DNA of 64,000 bases from Chitinophagaceae bacterium (GTDB lineage Bacteria > Bacteroidota > Bacteroidia > Chitinophagales > Chitinophagaceae): NCBI GenBank assembly GCA_035439525.1, contig DAORKK010000001.1:3695-67694 (forward strand), read 5' to 3'. The stretch's first letter is position 1. Every line of letters begins with the position of its first letter. Of the stretch, positions 12,074 to 22,740 are shown piece by piece. The notes beneath the pieces were generated by a model. That model worked only from the letters and a program-made list of their open reading frames with translations, was not told the DNA's origin and did not search any database. The translations under genes were made by a program, and so were the position numbers.

Positions 12074-12334
12074 TTAAAAAAGGGAGGAACAAAAAAAATA
12101 CTGCATCCCGGTAACCCGGAACTACTCAATATTTATCCATAAAAATTCTGAAAATTCGCCCCACCCAGCTGACCATCGGAAGTAGTTCGGCAGAAAAAAT
12201 CCGGGAGGTCATGTAAAGGTAATAGAAATTTACTTGCCGGTAAAATGAGCAATCCTGGATGTGGAAAAAACAGTAGTTTAGTGAGGACAATTTATACCCG
12301 GATTTTAACCCAGCAATAACCGGCCGGTTTCATT

Positions 12335-13393
12335 ATGCGTATCGGACTCTTTTTCACCCTTCTGACCCAGTTTTCCGGCTTCGGGTCATTCCTCATTGCA
12401 CAGGAGGATGACAGAATCCGCTTCATCCAGGGTGCTGGCACTTCGGTATTTTCTTTTACAAACAGTTTCTTTTATGACCAGGAAGTAAGTTTGCCTGTTC
12501 GTTCCATCGAAATAGCTGATTTCCGCTTTGACAGTTCTAAAAACGGATACCTGGACAATTCCTGCAGCGGAGCCCGTTATTGTAAAATAAAAACGGAGTT
12601 GACCTGGACGCCCCTGCTAAACCGGTATTTCAGCAGGAACCTGGATCCGGCCTCCCCTTATAGTCTTTTCATTGTTATCCGGTCTTATTGGTTGCAGGAA
12701 GGAATCCTTCCGGAAATCAACCAGCGTAAAATTGTTCAAAAAGACTGGCTCAACGAAAGTGAATGGGGCGGTTTTTGCAAAGCAGGTTTGGATATCTATA
12801 TCCGGACCGGCCAACAACTGCAGCCGCTTTTTAAAATAGATGACCGGTTTCTGAATTATTTCCCCTTTAACCCAACCCGGATGAAGGATTTTTTCTTTCT
12901 GCCCTTTGATTCGGTAGCACGCAGACTTATACAGACCGATTTGTCCGGACAACTGGCCAACCGGAAAAAACTGGAGATTGCAGCCGTGGATAGCTTCTAT
13001 AAGGCAAGATTTCATCACCCCGTTCTGAGAGATAGTACCCTGCAGCAAGGGATCTTTTATACATTCCGCGATTTCCTGGCCAATAAACCGGTCAGCGAGG
13101 AAATCCGGATCAGCCGGGGCAATCTGACAGATGAGTTATATATCCGGAATAAGGGCGGCGAAAGCCTGGTAACTGACTATTGGGGGGTATATGACGGTAA
13201 AACGCTTTATATCAAATCGGCCTATAATCTTTTTCCGGCTGTAAAAATGGAAAACAGCTTTGAGATCTACGGAACCCGTCAATTGGAAAACCGGCATAAT
13301 CTACCACAGCGTGGTGACCTGATCCGCGTGAACAAGATGACTATGCGCAGGAAGATACTTCAGGTTGATATGGAGAACGGAGAACTATATTGA
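12335..13393 (+). CDS. Hypothetical exported protein
   Basis: 352-aa ORF with a signal-like N-terminus; no family recognised. Confidence 0.6.
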   Translation: MRIGLFFTLLTQFSGFGSFLIAQEDDRIRFIQGAGTSVFSFTNSFFYDQEVSLPVRSIEIADFRFDSSKNGYLDNSCSGARYCKIKTELTWTPLLNRYFSRNLDPASPYSLFIVIRSYWLQEGILPEINQRKIVQKDWLNESEWGGFCKAGLDIYIRTGQQLQPLFKIDDRFLNYFPFNPTRMKDFFFLPFDSVARRLIQTDLSGQLANRKKLEIAAVDSFYKARFHHPVLRDSTLQQGIFYTFRDFLANKPVSEEIRISRGNLTDELYIRNKGGESLVTDYWGVYDGKTLYIKSAYNLFPAVKMENSFEIYGTRQLENRHNLPQRGDLIRVNKMTMRRKILQVDMENGELY

Positions 13394-13400
13394 TCAGTTG

Positions 13401-14198
13401 TCAATCTTTTTTGATCTTATTATAACTCGCCACCAATCCCCGGATCAGAGAAGAGCTGAATCCCTGGTGCTCCATCTCATTGAGTCCGGCAATAGTACAG
13501 CCTTTGGGGGTGGTTACTTTATCAATTTCCTGTTCAGGGTGTGTACCTTTTTCGAGTAATAATTCAGCGGCGCCTTTAATGGTCTGGGCCGCAATAAGGG
13601 AGGCTGTGGCGGCATCAAATCCGATTTCAATACCTCCCTGTATATTAGCGCGGATATAGCGCATGGCATAAGCCGTACCACAAGCACCAAGTACCGTGGC
13701 CGCATCCATGAGTTTTTCATCGATGAGCACCGTCTTGCCCAGCTGGCCAAACAATTCCTGGATATAATCGATCTGCGCTTTGGTGGCCCCTGCAAAAGAA
13801 AGACAGGTCATACTCTGCTGTATGGCGATGGCTGTATTGGGCATGGCCCGGATGACCGGCACCGGTTTACCGATTGCTTTCTGCAATTGCTCCACCCACA
13901 CCCCGGTTATAACGGAGACGACTATGTGCTTTTTGGGATTAAGGAGTGGTTTTATTTCTTTAATGATATCGGCATAATTATACGGCTTCACCGCCAGGAT
14001 TACTACTTCGGCTTCCCTGACAGCTTTTTTATTATCACTGTGCACCATGCATCCTCTTTCCGCAAAACGGCTGAGCGGAGCCAGGTTGCGGCGGGTGATA
14101 CTGATTTCCACCGGGCGGCTGAATTCACTCATGATCAGTCCGTCGGCAATGGCTGCCCCTAAATTTCCTCCGCCAATAATGGCAATCTTCTTTGACAT
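13401..14198 (-). CDS. proC: Pyrroline-5-carboxylate reductase
   Basis: IIGGGNLG, ILAVKP, RAMPNT and VTTPKGCTIAGL. Confidence 0.95.
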   Translation of the reverse strand: MSKKIAIIGGGNLGAAIADGLIMSEFSRPVEISITRRNLAPLSRFAERGCMVHSDNKKAVREAEVVILAVKPYNYADIIKEIKPLLNPKKHIVVSVITGVWVEQLQKAIGKPVPVIRAMPNTAIAIQQSMTCLSFAGATKAQIDYIQELFGQLGKTVLIDEKLMDAATVLGACGTAYAMRYIRANIQGGIEIGFDAATASLIAAQTIKGAAELLLEKGTHPEQEIDKVTTPKGCTIAGLNEMEHQGFSSSLIRGLVASYNKIKKD

Positions 14199-14289
14199 AG
14201 TTTTCAGTTTCTGCTATAAAATTACTGTAATAATACGAGGGATGTAATCCGGATCAGTTTTAATTGGGTAAAATGAACGTGTGTTAGAC

Positions 14290-15282
14290 TTAGTAATACA
14301 AGTGTTCTTTCAGGAACTGTTTTACATAGTCTTCAACGCCGTCTTCGAGGGAGGTGAAAGGTTGGCTATAACCGGCGTTTATTAATTTCTGCATATTGGC
14401 TTCCGTAAAATACTGGTACTTGTCACGGATATCTACAGGCATGTCGATGTATTCAATCACCGGGGGCAGTCCCAGTCCGGCGAATGTGGCCTTGGCCAGG
14501 TCTTCAAAGGAACGGGCTTTACCGGTTCCCAGGTTATATAAACCGGAAGCGATCCGGTGTTCCATCAGCCAGACACAAACACGGGCCACATCTTTTACAT
14601 AAATAAAATCACGGAGTTGTTGCCCGTCTTTATAGTCAGGTCGGTGTGAGCGGAAAAGCTTCACCTTTCCGGTTTCGCGGATCTGGCGGGAAGAATGAAA
14701 GATCACGCTGGCCATGCGTCCTTTGTGATATTCATTGGGCCCGTATACGTTGAAGAACTTAAGTCCCTGCCAGCCGGCAGGCGGCAGCCCGCAATCAGCG
14801 GCCTGTTCAAGCAGCCATTTGTCAAATTCGTTTTTTGAAATGCCATAGGGGTTCAGCGGTTTTAAATCCGCTACGATAGCGTGATCATCGTTATAACCCA
14901 GCTCACCGGCACCATAGGTGGCCGCGGAGGAGGCATATACCAGTGGAATGTTTTTTTTGACGCAATACTGCCAGATCTGTTTGGAATATTCCAGGTTCAG
15001 TTTTTCGTGAATCCGGTAATCAAATTCCGTGGTATCGGTCCGGGCGCCAAGGTGAAATACAAATTTAATATCCGGGTTGTGCTGATTCAGCCATTCAAAC
15101 AGCTCCTCCCGCTCCACCTGATGTGTAAACTTCTTGCGGCTGTAATTGGGTAGTTTGTCCGTCCGGCTGAAATCATCCGAGAGAATGATCTGTTCATACC
15201 CCTGCCGGTTCAGGTATCCCAGGAGGTAAGACCCGATAAACCCGGCAGCGCCGGTAAGCAATATGACTGATTGTCGATCCAT
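14290..15282 (-). CDS. rfaD: ADP-L-glycero-D-manno-heptose 6-epimerase
   Basis: TGAAGFIGS, HLGARTDTTE, YASSAATYG, YGISK, FFNVYGPNEYHKGRMASV and RDFIYVKD. Confidence 0.92.
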   Translation of the reverse strand: MDRQSVILLTGAAGFIGSYLLGYLNRQGYEQIILSDDFSRTDKLPNYSRKKFTHQVEREELFEWLNQHNPDIKFVFHLGARTDTTEFDYRIHEKLNLEYSKQIWQYCVKKNIPLVYASSAATYGAGELGYNDDHAIVADLKPLNPYGISKNEFDKWLLEQAADCGLPPAGWQGLKFFNVYGPNEYHKGRMASVIFHSSRQIRETGKVKLFRSHRPDYKDGQQLRDFIYVKDVARVCVWLMEHRIASGLYNLGTGKARSFEDLAKATFAGLGLPPVIEYIDMPVDIRDKYQYFTEANMQKLINAGYSQPFTSLEDGVEDYVKQFLKEHLYY

Positions 15283-15301
15283 ACAAAAACCCGTTACCAG
15301 A

Positions 15302-17536
15302 TCAGATTGAACTCAGCGCCGCCCCTGCTTCTTCTTTGGATAAATAATTCTCGATAGCGGTATCATAGGACTCTTTCCAGTCGCTGATTATGCCCCATTC
15401 CATCCCATCCACTTCTACTGAACCATCCGTAACCAGTCCCAGTTCTTCATAGGGATGGTTACCCAGTGCTTTTTTAATGGCCTCGAGCTTTTCTCTTTTT
15501 ACCGTCACTACTACGCGGCTTTGTTTTTCTCCAAACCAGTATCCGTCTTTGCGGATATCCGCATCGCTGGCCACCACATCAAAGCCGAGTCCGTTGGTGA
15601 ATCCGGCTTCCAGTAAGCAGACAAAGAGTCCGCCATCACTGACATCATGAGCAGACTCCACCAGTCCGTTGTTGATCAGGGTCGCAACAGTCTGCTGAAG
15701 CGCATACTCCTCATCAATATCAAAATAAGGAGCCGGTGAATAATGTACCCCGGCGATTTTCGCCAGGTATTGAGAAGAGTTAATATCATCATTGGAACTG
15801 CCGATCAGTAAGATCAGGTCACCCTGCGATTTAAAATGCAGGGTCATTTTTTTACTGACATCCTCCAGTAATCCTACCATTCCGATGGTGGGCGTGGGGA
15901 AAACAGGACCATCGGGGTTCTGGTTATAGAAGCTCACGTTTCCGCCAGTGACCGGTGTTTCAAATTTCCGGCAGGCATCACCCATTCCTTTTATGGCCTG
16001 AACAAACTGGTAATAGACTTCCGGATCATACGGATTACCGAAATTCAGACAGTTTGTAACACCAAGCGGTAAACCTCCGCTGCAAACAATATTGCGGGCG
16101 GCCTCACTTACTGCGATCATGGCTCCTTTGTACGGATCAGCATATACATAACGGCTGTTGCAGTCCGTGGTTACGGCTATCCCTTTGGTGGTTCCTTTTA
16201 CGAGCACCACGGCCGCATCGGTGGGCGCGTTGGTGGACGTGTTGTTAGTTCCCACCATGCTGTCATATTGGTTATATATCCAGCGTTTAGAAGCGATAGA
16301 AGGCAGCTGCACCAATGTTTCAGCCACTTTGCGTAAATCATCCGGTACTTCAACAGATGCCGGGTCAAACTGATTGATTTTTGCCAGGTATAAGGGCTCT
16401 TTAAATTCACGGTCATATTGAGGGGCACCACCACCCAGCACCAGTTCATGAGCGGGTATCGATGCTTCCAGTTCGCCGTTCATGTAGAAGTCAAGCAGAC
16501 CGTTGTCTGTCACTTCTCCGATCACTGAGCAGGGCAGATCCCATTTTTCAAATACTTTCTGGACATCTGCTTCCCGTCCTTTTTCGGCCACCAGCAGCAT
16601 TCGTTCCTGACTTTCACTCAGGAGCAATTCCCAGGTTTTCATGTTTTGCTGGCGGGTCGGTACTTTATCCAGGTCAATCCGCATTCCTACTTCACCTTTG
16701 GCACTCATTTCAGCGGTAGAACAAATAATACCTGCGGCACCCATATCCTGCATCCCCACAACGGCGCCGGTCTGAATCACTTCAAGGCAGGCTTCGAGCA
16801 GTTTCTTTTCCTGAAAAGGGTCGCCCACCTGAACAGCAGGCAGGTCCTGTGCACTTTCAGCAGTGATATCGGCTGAGGCAAATGATGCGCCACCTATTCC
16901 ATCCTTACCGGTAGCACTTCCTACAAACATCACAGGGTTTCCCTTACCCAGGGCGGTTGCAGATACGGTTTCCCCTGCTTTAACAATACCCACACTCATC
17001 GCATTCACCAGTGGGTTGGTATGATAACATTCATCAAAATAAATTTCACCGCCAACCGTAGGCACGCCAAAACAATTTCCGTAGTGGCCAATACCGTGTA
17101 CAACTCCGGATAAAAGGTGTTGTGTTTTATCTTCTTCCAGCTTTCCGAACCGCAGGGAGTTCAGGGCAGCAATAGGCCGTGCACCCATGGTGAATATATC
17201 CCGGTGAATCCCCCCTACTCCGGTAGCGGCACCCTGGAAAGGTTCAATAGCCGATGGGTGATTATGTGATTCAATTTTGAATACCACCCCCAGGTTATCG
17301 CCGATATCCATCAATCCTGCATTTTCCTCCCCGGCTTTAACCAGCATGCGGCCTCCTTCACGGGGCAGCGTTTTCAGCCATTTAATCGAGTTTTTATAAC
17401 TGCAATGTTCACTCCACATCCCGGAGAATGCACAGAGTTCATTGAAATTAGGGGTACGACCCAGTTTCTCTTTTATCAGTTCAAACTCGGCCGCAGTTAA
17501 TCGTAGTTGTTCCGCTGTTTTTACAGTTACTTCCAT
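15302..17536 (-). CDS. purL: Phosphoribosylformylglycinamidine synthase subunit PurL
   Basis: WSEHCSYK, KIESHNHPS, GIGGASFAS, QDMGAAG and SESQERM; TACTTTTG box at 17556-17563. Confidence 0.98.
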   Translation of the reverse strand: MEVTVKTAEQLRLTAAEFELIKEKLGRTPNFNELCAFSGMWSEHCSYKNSIKWLKTLPREGGRMLVKAGEENAGLMDIGDNLGVVFKIESHNHPSAIEPFQGAATGVGGIHRDIFTMGARPIAALNSLRFGKLEEDKTQHLLSGVVHGIGHYGNCFGVPTVGGEIYFDECYHTNPLVNAMSVGIVKAGETVSATALGKGNPVMFVGSATGKDGIGGASFASADITAESAQDLPAVQVGDPFQEKKLLEACLEVIQTGAVVGMQDMGAAGIICSTAEMSAKGEVGMRIDLDKVPTRQQNMKTWELLLSESQERMLLVAEKGREADVQKVFEKWDLPCSVIGEVTDNGLLDFYMNGELEASIPAHELVLGGGAPQYDREFKEPLYLAKINQFDPASVEVPDDLRKVAETLVQLPSIASKRWIYNQYDSMVGTNNTSTNAPTDAAVVLVKGTTKGIAVTTDCNSRYVYADPYKGAMIAVSEAARNIVCSGGLPLGVTNCLNFGNPYDPEVYYQFVQAIKGMGDACRKFETPVTGGNVSFYNQNPDGPVFPTPTIGMVGLLEDVSKKMTLHFKSQGDLILLIGSSNDDINSSQYLAKIAGVHYSPAPYFDIDEEYALQQTVATLINNGLVESAHDVSDGGLFVCLLEAGFTNGLGFDVVASDADIRKDGYWFGEKQSRVVVTVKREKLEAIKKALGNHPYEELGLVTDGSVEVDGMEWGIISDWKESYDTAIENYLSKEEAGAALSSI

Positions 17537-17603
17537 GCAGGTTTATATTGAACCGCAAAAGTAAAGCATACGCGGCACTGGCCGTGCAGGACTTTTCAAC
17601 TTT

Positions 17604-18929
17604 GTGCTGACAATCACGGCAATATTGGCTATTATTGCGGACAAAATTTTTACGTTGGAATACCTGCTTTTTGTCGGCTATCTGCTCCTTTTTGCCTGGC
17701 TGGTCACCAAAGTGAAATTTTTTACCCGCTCGGGACTTAGTCATTCACAACTGAGGATCATTTTTTTCCTGAAAGTAATGGCCGGAATTTTTTACGGCTG
17801 GATCGGTATTTATTATGGGGGCTATGCCAAAATGTGGGATACCTGGTTTTTCCATAAGGTCGGACTTTACGAATACCATTTAATGCAAACCAATCCGCAG
17901 GAATACCTGACCAATATTTTCCGGAACGGGTATGAGGATGGCATGAGCCGTTTTCTGGGCACCCAAAACTCCTACTGGAATGATCTGAAAGGGAATGTTT
18001 TTGTAAAAATGCTTTCGGTGTTTGACGTCCTGAGTATGGGCTTTTATTATGTCAATGTGATCTTTTATTCTTTCCTGAATCTTTTTGGCATCGTGGCACT
18101 TTTCAGGGTGCTGACCGATATGTATCCCGGCAAAAAAATGGTGATTTTTTTATCCCTCATCGGTATCCCTTCTTTTCTGTACTGGACCAGTGGCATTCAT
18201 AAAGAAGGGTTGATCTTTACCGGTATTGCCATATCCTGCTACAGTGTTTATTTTGCAGGAAAAGAAGGACATTTTACCTGGAAAAAAATACTGGCACTTG
18301 TACTCAGCCTGGGAATGGTACTCATCCTGCGGAATTTCGTTGCCATTTTATTAGTTCCAGCTTTATTTACCTGGGTTATTGCGGAAAAGTTTAAAAAGAA
18401 TGGATTGCTGATTTTCAGTAGCTTATACATCTTATTTATAATTTTATTTTTCAATTTCAGGCATATCAGCCCCCGCCTGGATTTCCCGAATGCCGTTGTG
18501 GAAAAACAATATGCATTCTTAAAAATCAAGCCCGGAAAAACCACCGTCCCCATAAATGCGCTTGAACCGACTGCGGTCAGTTTTCTGAAGAACACACCAC
18601 AGGCCATTAATCTGACCGTCTTAAGACCCTATCCAAGGGAGATTCATCATTTGCTATCGTTGGCAGCTGTCATTGAAATGTATCTTTTTGTACTGCTCTT
18701 CCTTCTTTTTCTATGGAAAAGAACCCCTGGAACACAGGCAAAGAATACGATTTACCTTTTTCTATTCTATGCTGTCTCCCTGTTATTAGCAATCGGATTC
18801 ACCAATAACAATGTGGGCGCTATTGCCAGGTACAAAAGTGTCATTATTCCACTCCTCTTTATTCCACTGATTGTCCGGATTAACTGGCCCGAAATCCGAA
18901 ACGAAATCATAAAATACATGAAAAAATAA
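17604..18929 (+). CDS. Polytopic membrane protein, possibly GT-C/Wzy-like
   Basis: Roughly 10-11 hydrophobic segments, large first extracytoplasmic loop (WDTWFFH), GIHKEGL motif. Confidence 0.6.
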   Translation: MLTITAILAIIADKIFTLEYLLFVGYLLLFAWLVTKVKFFTRSGLSHSQLRIIFFLKVMAGIFYGWIGIYYGGYAKMWDTWFFHKVGLYEYHLMQTNPQEYLTNIFRNGYEDGMSRFLGTQNSYWNDLKGNVFVKMLSVFDVLSMGFYYVNVIFYSFLNLFGIVALFRVLTDMYPGKKMVIFLSLIGIPSFLYWTSGIHKEGLIFTGIAISCYSVYFAGKEGHFTWKKILALVLSLGMVLILRNFVAILLVPALFTWVIAEKFKKNGLLIFSSLYILFIILFFNFRHISPRLDFPNAVVEKQYAFLKIKPGKTTVPINALEPTAVSFLKNTPQAINLTVLRPYPREIHHLLSLAAVIEMYLFVLLFLLFLWKRTPGTQAKNTIYLFLFYAVSLLLAIGFTNNNVGAIARYKSVIIPLLFIPLIVRINWPEIRNEIIKYMKK

Positions 18930-19077
18930 AATAATATTTATTTTTTACGCTAATGAACGTTCAGATTTCATTCAATCTTTTGTTTTCATCACATTTTTTC
19001 CCCCATTGAAGCCTATAATTGATAAAAAATTGGAATAACAGTCGTAATTCCGTTGATTTGCAAAAAATATACTTCAA

Positions 19078-21267
19078 ATGTCACTACGTTTTAATGCAAT
19101 CCATGGCCTTTCCTCCAAATCGGATGTATTGGTGGACGGCGCAGCTAAAATCACTGCTATTTTCAACAGCAATGTATTTACGCTTAAAACTGCCCGTGAG
19201 TTTTTGAGCGATGAAGCTTACAAAAGCCTTCAGTCTTCAATTAAAGCCGGTCATAAGATTGACCGTGCAGTTGCCAACCAGATTGCCACCGGTATCCGTG
19301 CCTGGGCCGAAGCCAAAGGTGTATCGCACTTCACCCACTGGTTCCAGCCACTGACAGGTACCACTGCCGAAAAACACGATTCCTTTTTTACATTGAAAGG
19401 TGACGGTACACCAATTGAACAATTTGAAGGAGATGCACTCGTACAGCAGGAGCCGGATGCTTCTTCATTCCCCAGTGGCGGATTACGGGCCACTTTTGAA
19501 GCCCGTGGTTATACGGCCTGGGATCCCTCCTCTCCTCCCTTTATTATGGAGATCGGCCAGGGAAAAACACTTTGTATACCCACCATCTTTGTTTCTTATA
19601 CCGGTGAATCACTGGACTACAAAGCACCCCTGCTGAAAGCACTGGATGCGCTGAATAAAGCCGCGGTGGATGTATGTAATTATTTTGATAAAAATGTCAG
19701 CCGGGTAACCGCCACCCTGGGTTGGGAACAGGAATACTTCGTAATCGACGAAGCTATGTTCAATGCCCGCCCCGACCTGGTGATGACCGGCCGTACCGTT
19801 TACGGACATACTTCCGCAAAAAACCAGCAACTGGAAGACCACTATTTCGGATCAATTCCTGAAAGAGTGTACACCTACATGCGTGACTTTGAAACAGAAG
19901 CCTATAAACTGGGAATTCCTCTCCGTACACGTCATAATGAAGTAGCTCCTGCCCAGTTTGAGTGCGCTCCCATTTTTGAGGAAGTGAGCGTGGCCGTAGA
20001 CCACAACTCGCTGCTGATGGATGTGATGGATCGCGTAGCCCGTCGTCATAACCTTCGGGTACTGTTGCACGAAAAACCATTTGCCGGCATCAACGGTAGT
20101 GGTAAACACAACAACTGGAGTATGGCCACTGATACCGGGGTGAACCTGCTGGCGCCCGGTAAGACCCCCAAGACCAACCTCATGTTCCTGACTTTCTTCG
20201 TAAACACGATCAAAGCGGTACATGATTATGCTGATATTCTTCGTGCCTCTATTGCTTCTGCACCGAACGATCACCGCCTGGGTGCCAACGAAGCCCCTCC
20301 TGCCATTATCTCCGTATTCATCGGGCAGTACCTGTCCAAAGTACTGCAGGATGTAAAAGAAAGAGTATCCGACAAAATGGATGAGACCGATGAGAGCATG
20401 CTGAAGATCGATATTCATAAGAGCATTCCTGAACTGCTGATGGATAATACCGACCGTAACCGGACTTCTCCTTTTGCTTTCACCGGAAACAAATTTGAAT
20501 TCCGTGCTGTAGGTTCCACAGCCAACTGTGCGAACCCGATGACGGTACTGAATACAATTATGGCTGACACCCTGAAGCAATTCAAAAAAGAAGTGGATGC
20601 CCTGATTGAAAAAGGTGAGAAGAAAGAAATCGCGATCATGCATGTGATCCGCCAGTATATCGTTGCCAGCGAAAAAGTTTTATTCGAAGGCGATGGTTAC
20701 AGCGAAGCATGGGCCAAGGAAGCGGAAAAAAGAGGTTTACCCAATGTGAAAACCACTCCGCTGGCACTGGATGCTATGGTGACGGAAAAAGCAAAGAAAC
20801 TCTTTGAAAGCAACCATATCTACTCCCACAGCGAACTGGAAGCCCGTCACGAGATCGAACTGGAAAAGTACATCAAGAAAGTACAGATCGAGAGCCGCAT
20901 TATGGGTGAACTGGCCACCAGCCACGTTTTACCGACCGCCATCCGTTACCAGAACCTGCTGGCCAACAATATCCGTGGGTTGAAAGAAGCCGGTCTGAGT
21001 GATGCTTCTTTTGCCAACCAGAAGCAGATTCTCGAAAAGATCTCCGAACACATCAATAAGACGTCCGATCTGGTAGAGAAAATGATTGAAGCCCGTAAGG
21101 TTTGTAACAATATGGAAAGTACCCGCACCAAGGCCATTGCCTACCAAAGCCAGGTGAAGGATGCCTACTTCGATGATATCCGCTACCATGTTGACAAACT
21201 GGAACTCCTGGTGGATGACCGCGAATGGTACCTGCCGAAATACCGGGAGATGTTGTTCCTGCGTTAA
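19078..21267 (+). CDS. glnA: Glutamine synthetase type III
   Basis: 729 aa; HFTHWFQPL, EPDASSFP, GWEQEYF, HNEVAPAQFE, HEKPFAGINGSGKH and DRNRTSPFAFTGNKFEFR. Confidence 0.97.
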   Translation: MSLRFNAIHGLSSKSDVLVDGAAKITAIFNSNVFTLKTAREFLSDEAYKSLQSSIKAGHKIDRAVANQIATGIRAWAEAKGVSHFTHWFQPLTGTTAEKHDSFFTLKGDGTPIEQFEGDALVQQEPDASSFPSGGLRATFEARGYTAWDPSSPPFIMEIGQGKTLCIPTIFVSYTGESLDYKAPLLKALDALNKAAVDVCNYFDKNVSRVTATLGWEQEYFVIDEAMFNARPDLVMTGRTVYGHTSAKNQQLEDHYFGSIPERVYTYMRDFETEAYKLGIPLRTRHNEVAPAQFECAPIFEEVSVAVDHNSLLMDVMDRVARRHNLRVLLHEKPFAGINGSGKHNNWSMATDTGVNLLAPGKTPKTNLMFLTFFVNTIKAVHDYADILRASIASAPNDHRLGANEAPPAIISVFIGQYLSKVLQDVKERVSDKMDETDESMLKIDIHKSIPELLMDNTDRNRTSPFAFTGNKFEFRAVGSTANCANPMTVLNTIMADTLKQFKKEVDALIEKGEKKEIAIMHVIRQYIVASEKVLFEGDGYSEAWAKEAEKRGLPNVKTTPLALDAMVTEKAKKLFESNHIYSHSELEARHEIELEKYIKKVQIESRIMGELATSHVLPTAIRYQNLLANNIRGLKEAGLSDASFANQKQILEKISEHINKTSDLVEKMIEARKVCNNMESTRTKAIAYQSQVKDAYFDDIRYHVDKLELLVDDREWYLPKYREMLFLR

Positions 21268-21287
21268 TAAAAAGAAGAATTCGCTTA

Positions 21288-21324
21288 AAATAAAAGCCCT
21301 GGTTTTAAACCGGGGCTTTTATTT
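21288..21324 (+). terminator. Intrinsic terminator after glnA (probably bidirectional)
   Basis: aaataaaagccctggttt / aaaccggggcttttattt inverted repeat. Confidence 0.85.
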
Positions 21325-21371
21325 AGATAGTAGTTAGCAGTTAGTAGATAGTAGTTGGTTTCCTAAGAAAG
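21324..21371 (+). repeat. TAG-heptamer array ending in CTAAGAAAG
   Basis: tagatag tagttag cagttag tagatag tagttgg, then tttcctaagaaag. Confidence 0.85.
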
Positions 21372-21408
21372 ACGATCTTAATACTGATGGGTGCCGACTG
21401 CCTGCTGA

Positions 21409-22611
21409 TCAGAAATTCGCCTTCATCACCCGCAGCACATTCCCTCCCAAGATGCGTTTGATGGATTTTTTGGAATAGCCACGACGGAGTAATTCCTCTG
21501 TGATCTTCGGATAGGTCGTTACATCTTCAAGACCGACCGGTACTGACCCTACCCCATCATAATCCGAGCCGATACCCACATATTTATCGCCTACCAGTTT
21601 TACGATATAGTCAATGTGATCTACTAGTTGTGACAAAGAAGGTCTAACTGCATTCATAGCTGAGTCATAATAAATTTCCCATCGTTTCGCGGAATTAATG
21701 CTATCCTGATCAGCAGACAATTCTAATCCTTTCCGAAGTGCCTCTTCTTTCTCCTTTATAAATAAAAGTTTTTTCTGTTGCTCGTCATACTCTTTGCTGA
21801 TAAATCCGGAATAAAAATTTATACAGATCACGCCACCATTCTTAGCCACGGCCCGGATCTGATCATCCTTCACATTGCGGAAAACAGGGCAGATGGACCA
21901 GACCGAGCTATGGGAAAGAATGACGGGCTTTTTGGTTATAGCAATAACATCATAGAAGGTTTGTTCGCCGACATGCGATAAATCCACCATCACGCCCAAC
22001 TCGTTGAGTCGTTGCACCACCTGTTTGCCAAAATCATTCAGTCCTTTATGCTTGATCCGTTCCGGATAGTTTGTTTCGTCCATAGCACTGCTGGCCCAGG
22101 AAGTACTGTTGTTCCAGGTAAGGGTAAGGTAACGCATCCCAAGCGTGTACAAACTATCCAGCTTACCCAGGTCTTCTTCAATCATGTGCCCTCCCTCGAC
22201 GCCGATCAATGACACAAGTTTGCCCTGGTGTGACCGTTTTTTAACCTGCCTGTATGTATCGGCAAAGGTCATCCGGTCGGGATTCCGCAGGATGATCCGG
22301 TGCAGGGAATCAATTTCCTCCAGTGCATCATGAAAAAAGCCGGCCGGACGCCGGGGTGTCTTATCCGTCCAGACGGAGAAAAACTGTACATCCAGCCCGC
22401 CCTTTTTCCACCGGTACAAATCACTGTGACCAGTGGAGAGCTGAACCGAAATATCTTTCCCATCGAGGGTCAGCTCCGTCAGACAATCATTATGTGTATC
22501 CACTACAATGGCTTTTTCATGCAATCGACTTACTGATTGCGCATATGGCATCAGCCAGCTGCCTGTAGTGATCAGCAAAATACCTACCTGTTTAACCCAA
22601 TCTTTTTTCAT
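21409..22611 (-). CDS. Membrane dipeptidase (peptidase M19)
   Basis: Signal peptide; DTHND, EGGH, YLTLTWN, DLSH, SHS and IGSDYDG. Confidence 0.92.
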   Translation of the reverse strand: MKKDWVKQVGILLITTGSWLMPYAQSVSRLHEKAIVVDTHNDCLTELTLDGKDISVQLSTGHSDLYRWKKGGLDVQFFSVWTDKTPRRPAGFFHDALEEIDSLHRIILRNPDRMTFADTYRQVKKRSHQGKLVSLIGVEGGHMIEEDLGKLDSLYTLGMRYLTLTWNNSTSWASSAMDETNYPERIKHKGLNDFGKQVVQRLNELGVMVDLSHVGEQTFYDVIAITKKPVILSHSSVWSICPVFRNVKDDQIRAVAKNGGVICINFYSGFISKEYDEQQKKLLFIKEKEEALRKGLELSADQDSINSAKRWEIYYDSAMNAVRPSLSQLVDHIDYIVKLVGDKYVGIGSDYDGVGSVPVGLEDVTTYPKITEELLRRGYSKKSIKRILGGNVLRVMKANF

Positions 22612-22740
22612 CGAAAAAAATGTTAAAATAATCCGGCTACCCCGTCTTCAACATCCCGATGTAAGTTAATTCAAAGGATTGATTCCGGCATTTCCGCCCT
22701 GGATACAACTTTCTGGCCCGGTTTTTCGACATTTGCAGTA

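Noticed and set aside
18954-18963. Palindrome TGAACGTTCA upstream of glnA as a nitrogen-regulator site
   Set aside because: It is one 10-bp palindrome with no second copy seen and no known regulator to match
19852-20643. 263-aa antisense ORF inside glnA (similarly 31150-31902, 47473-48186 and 50773-51396)
   Set aside because: These are shadow frames opposite strongly conserved genes, with no motifs or independent expression signals
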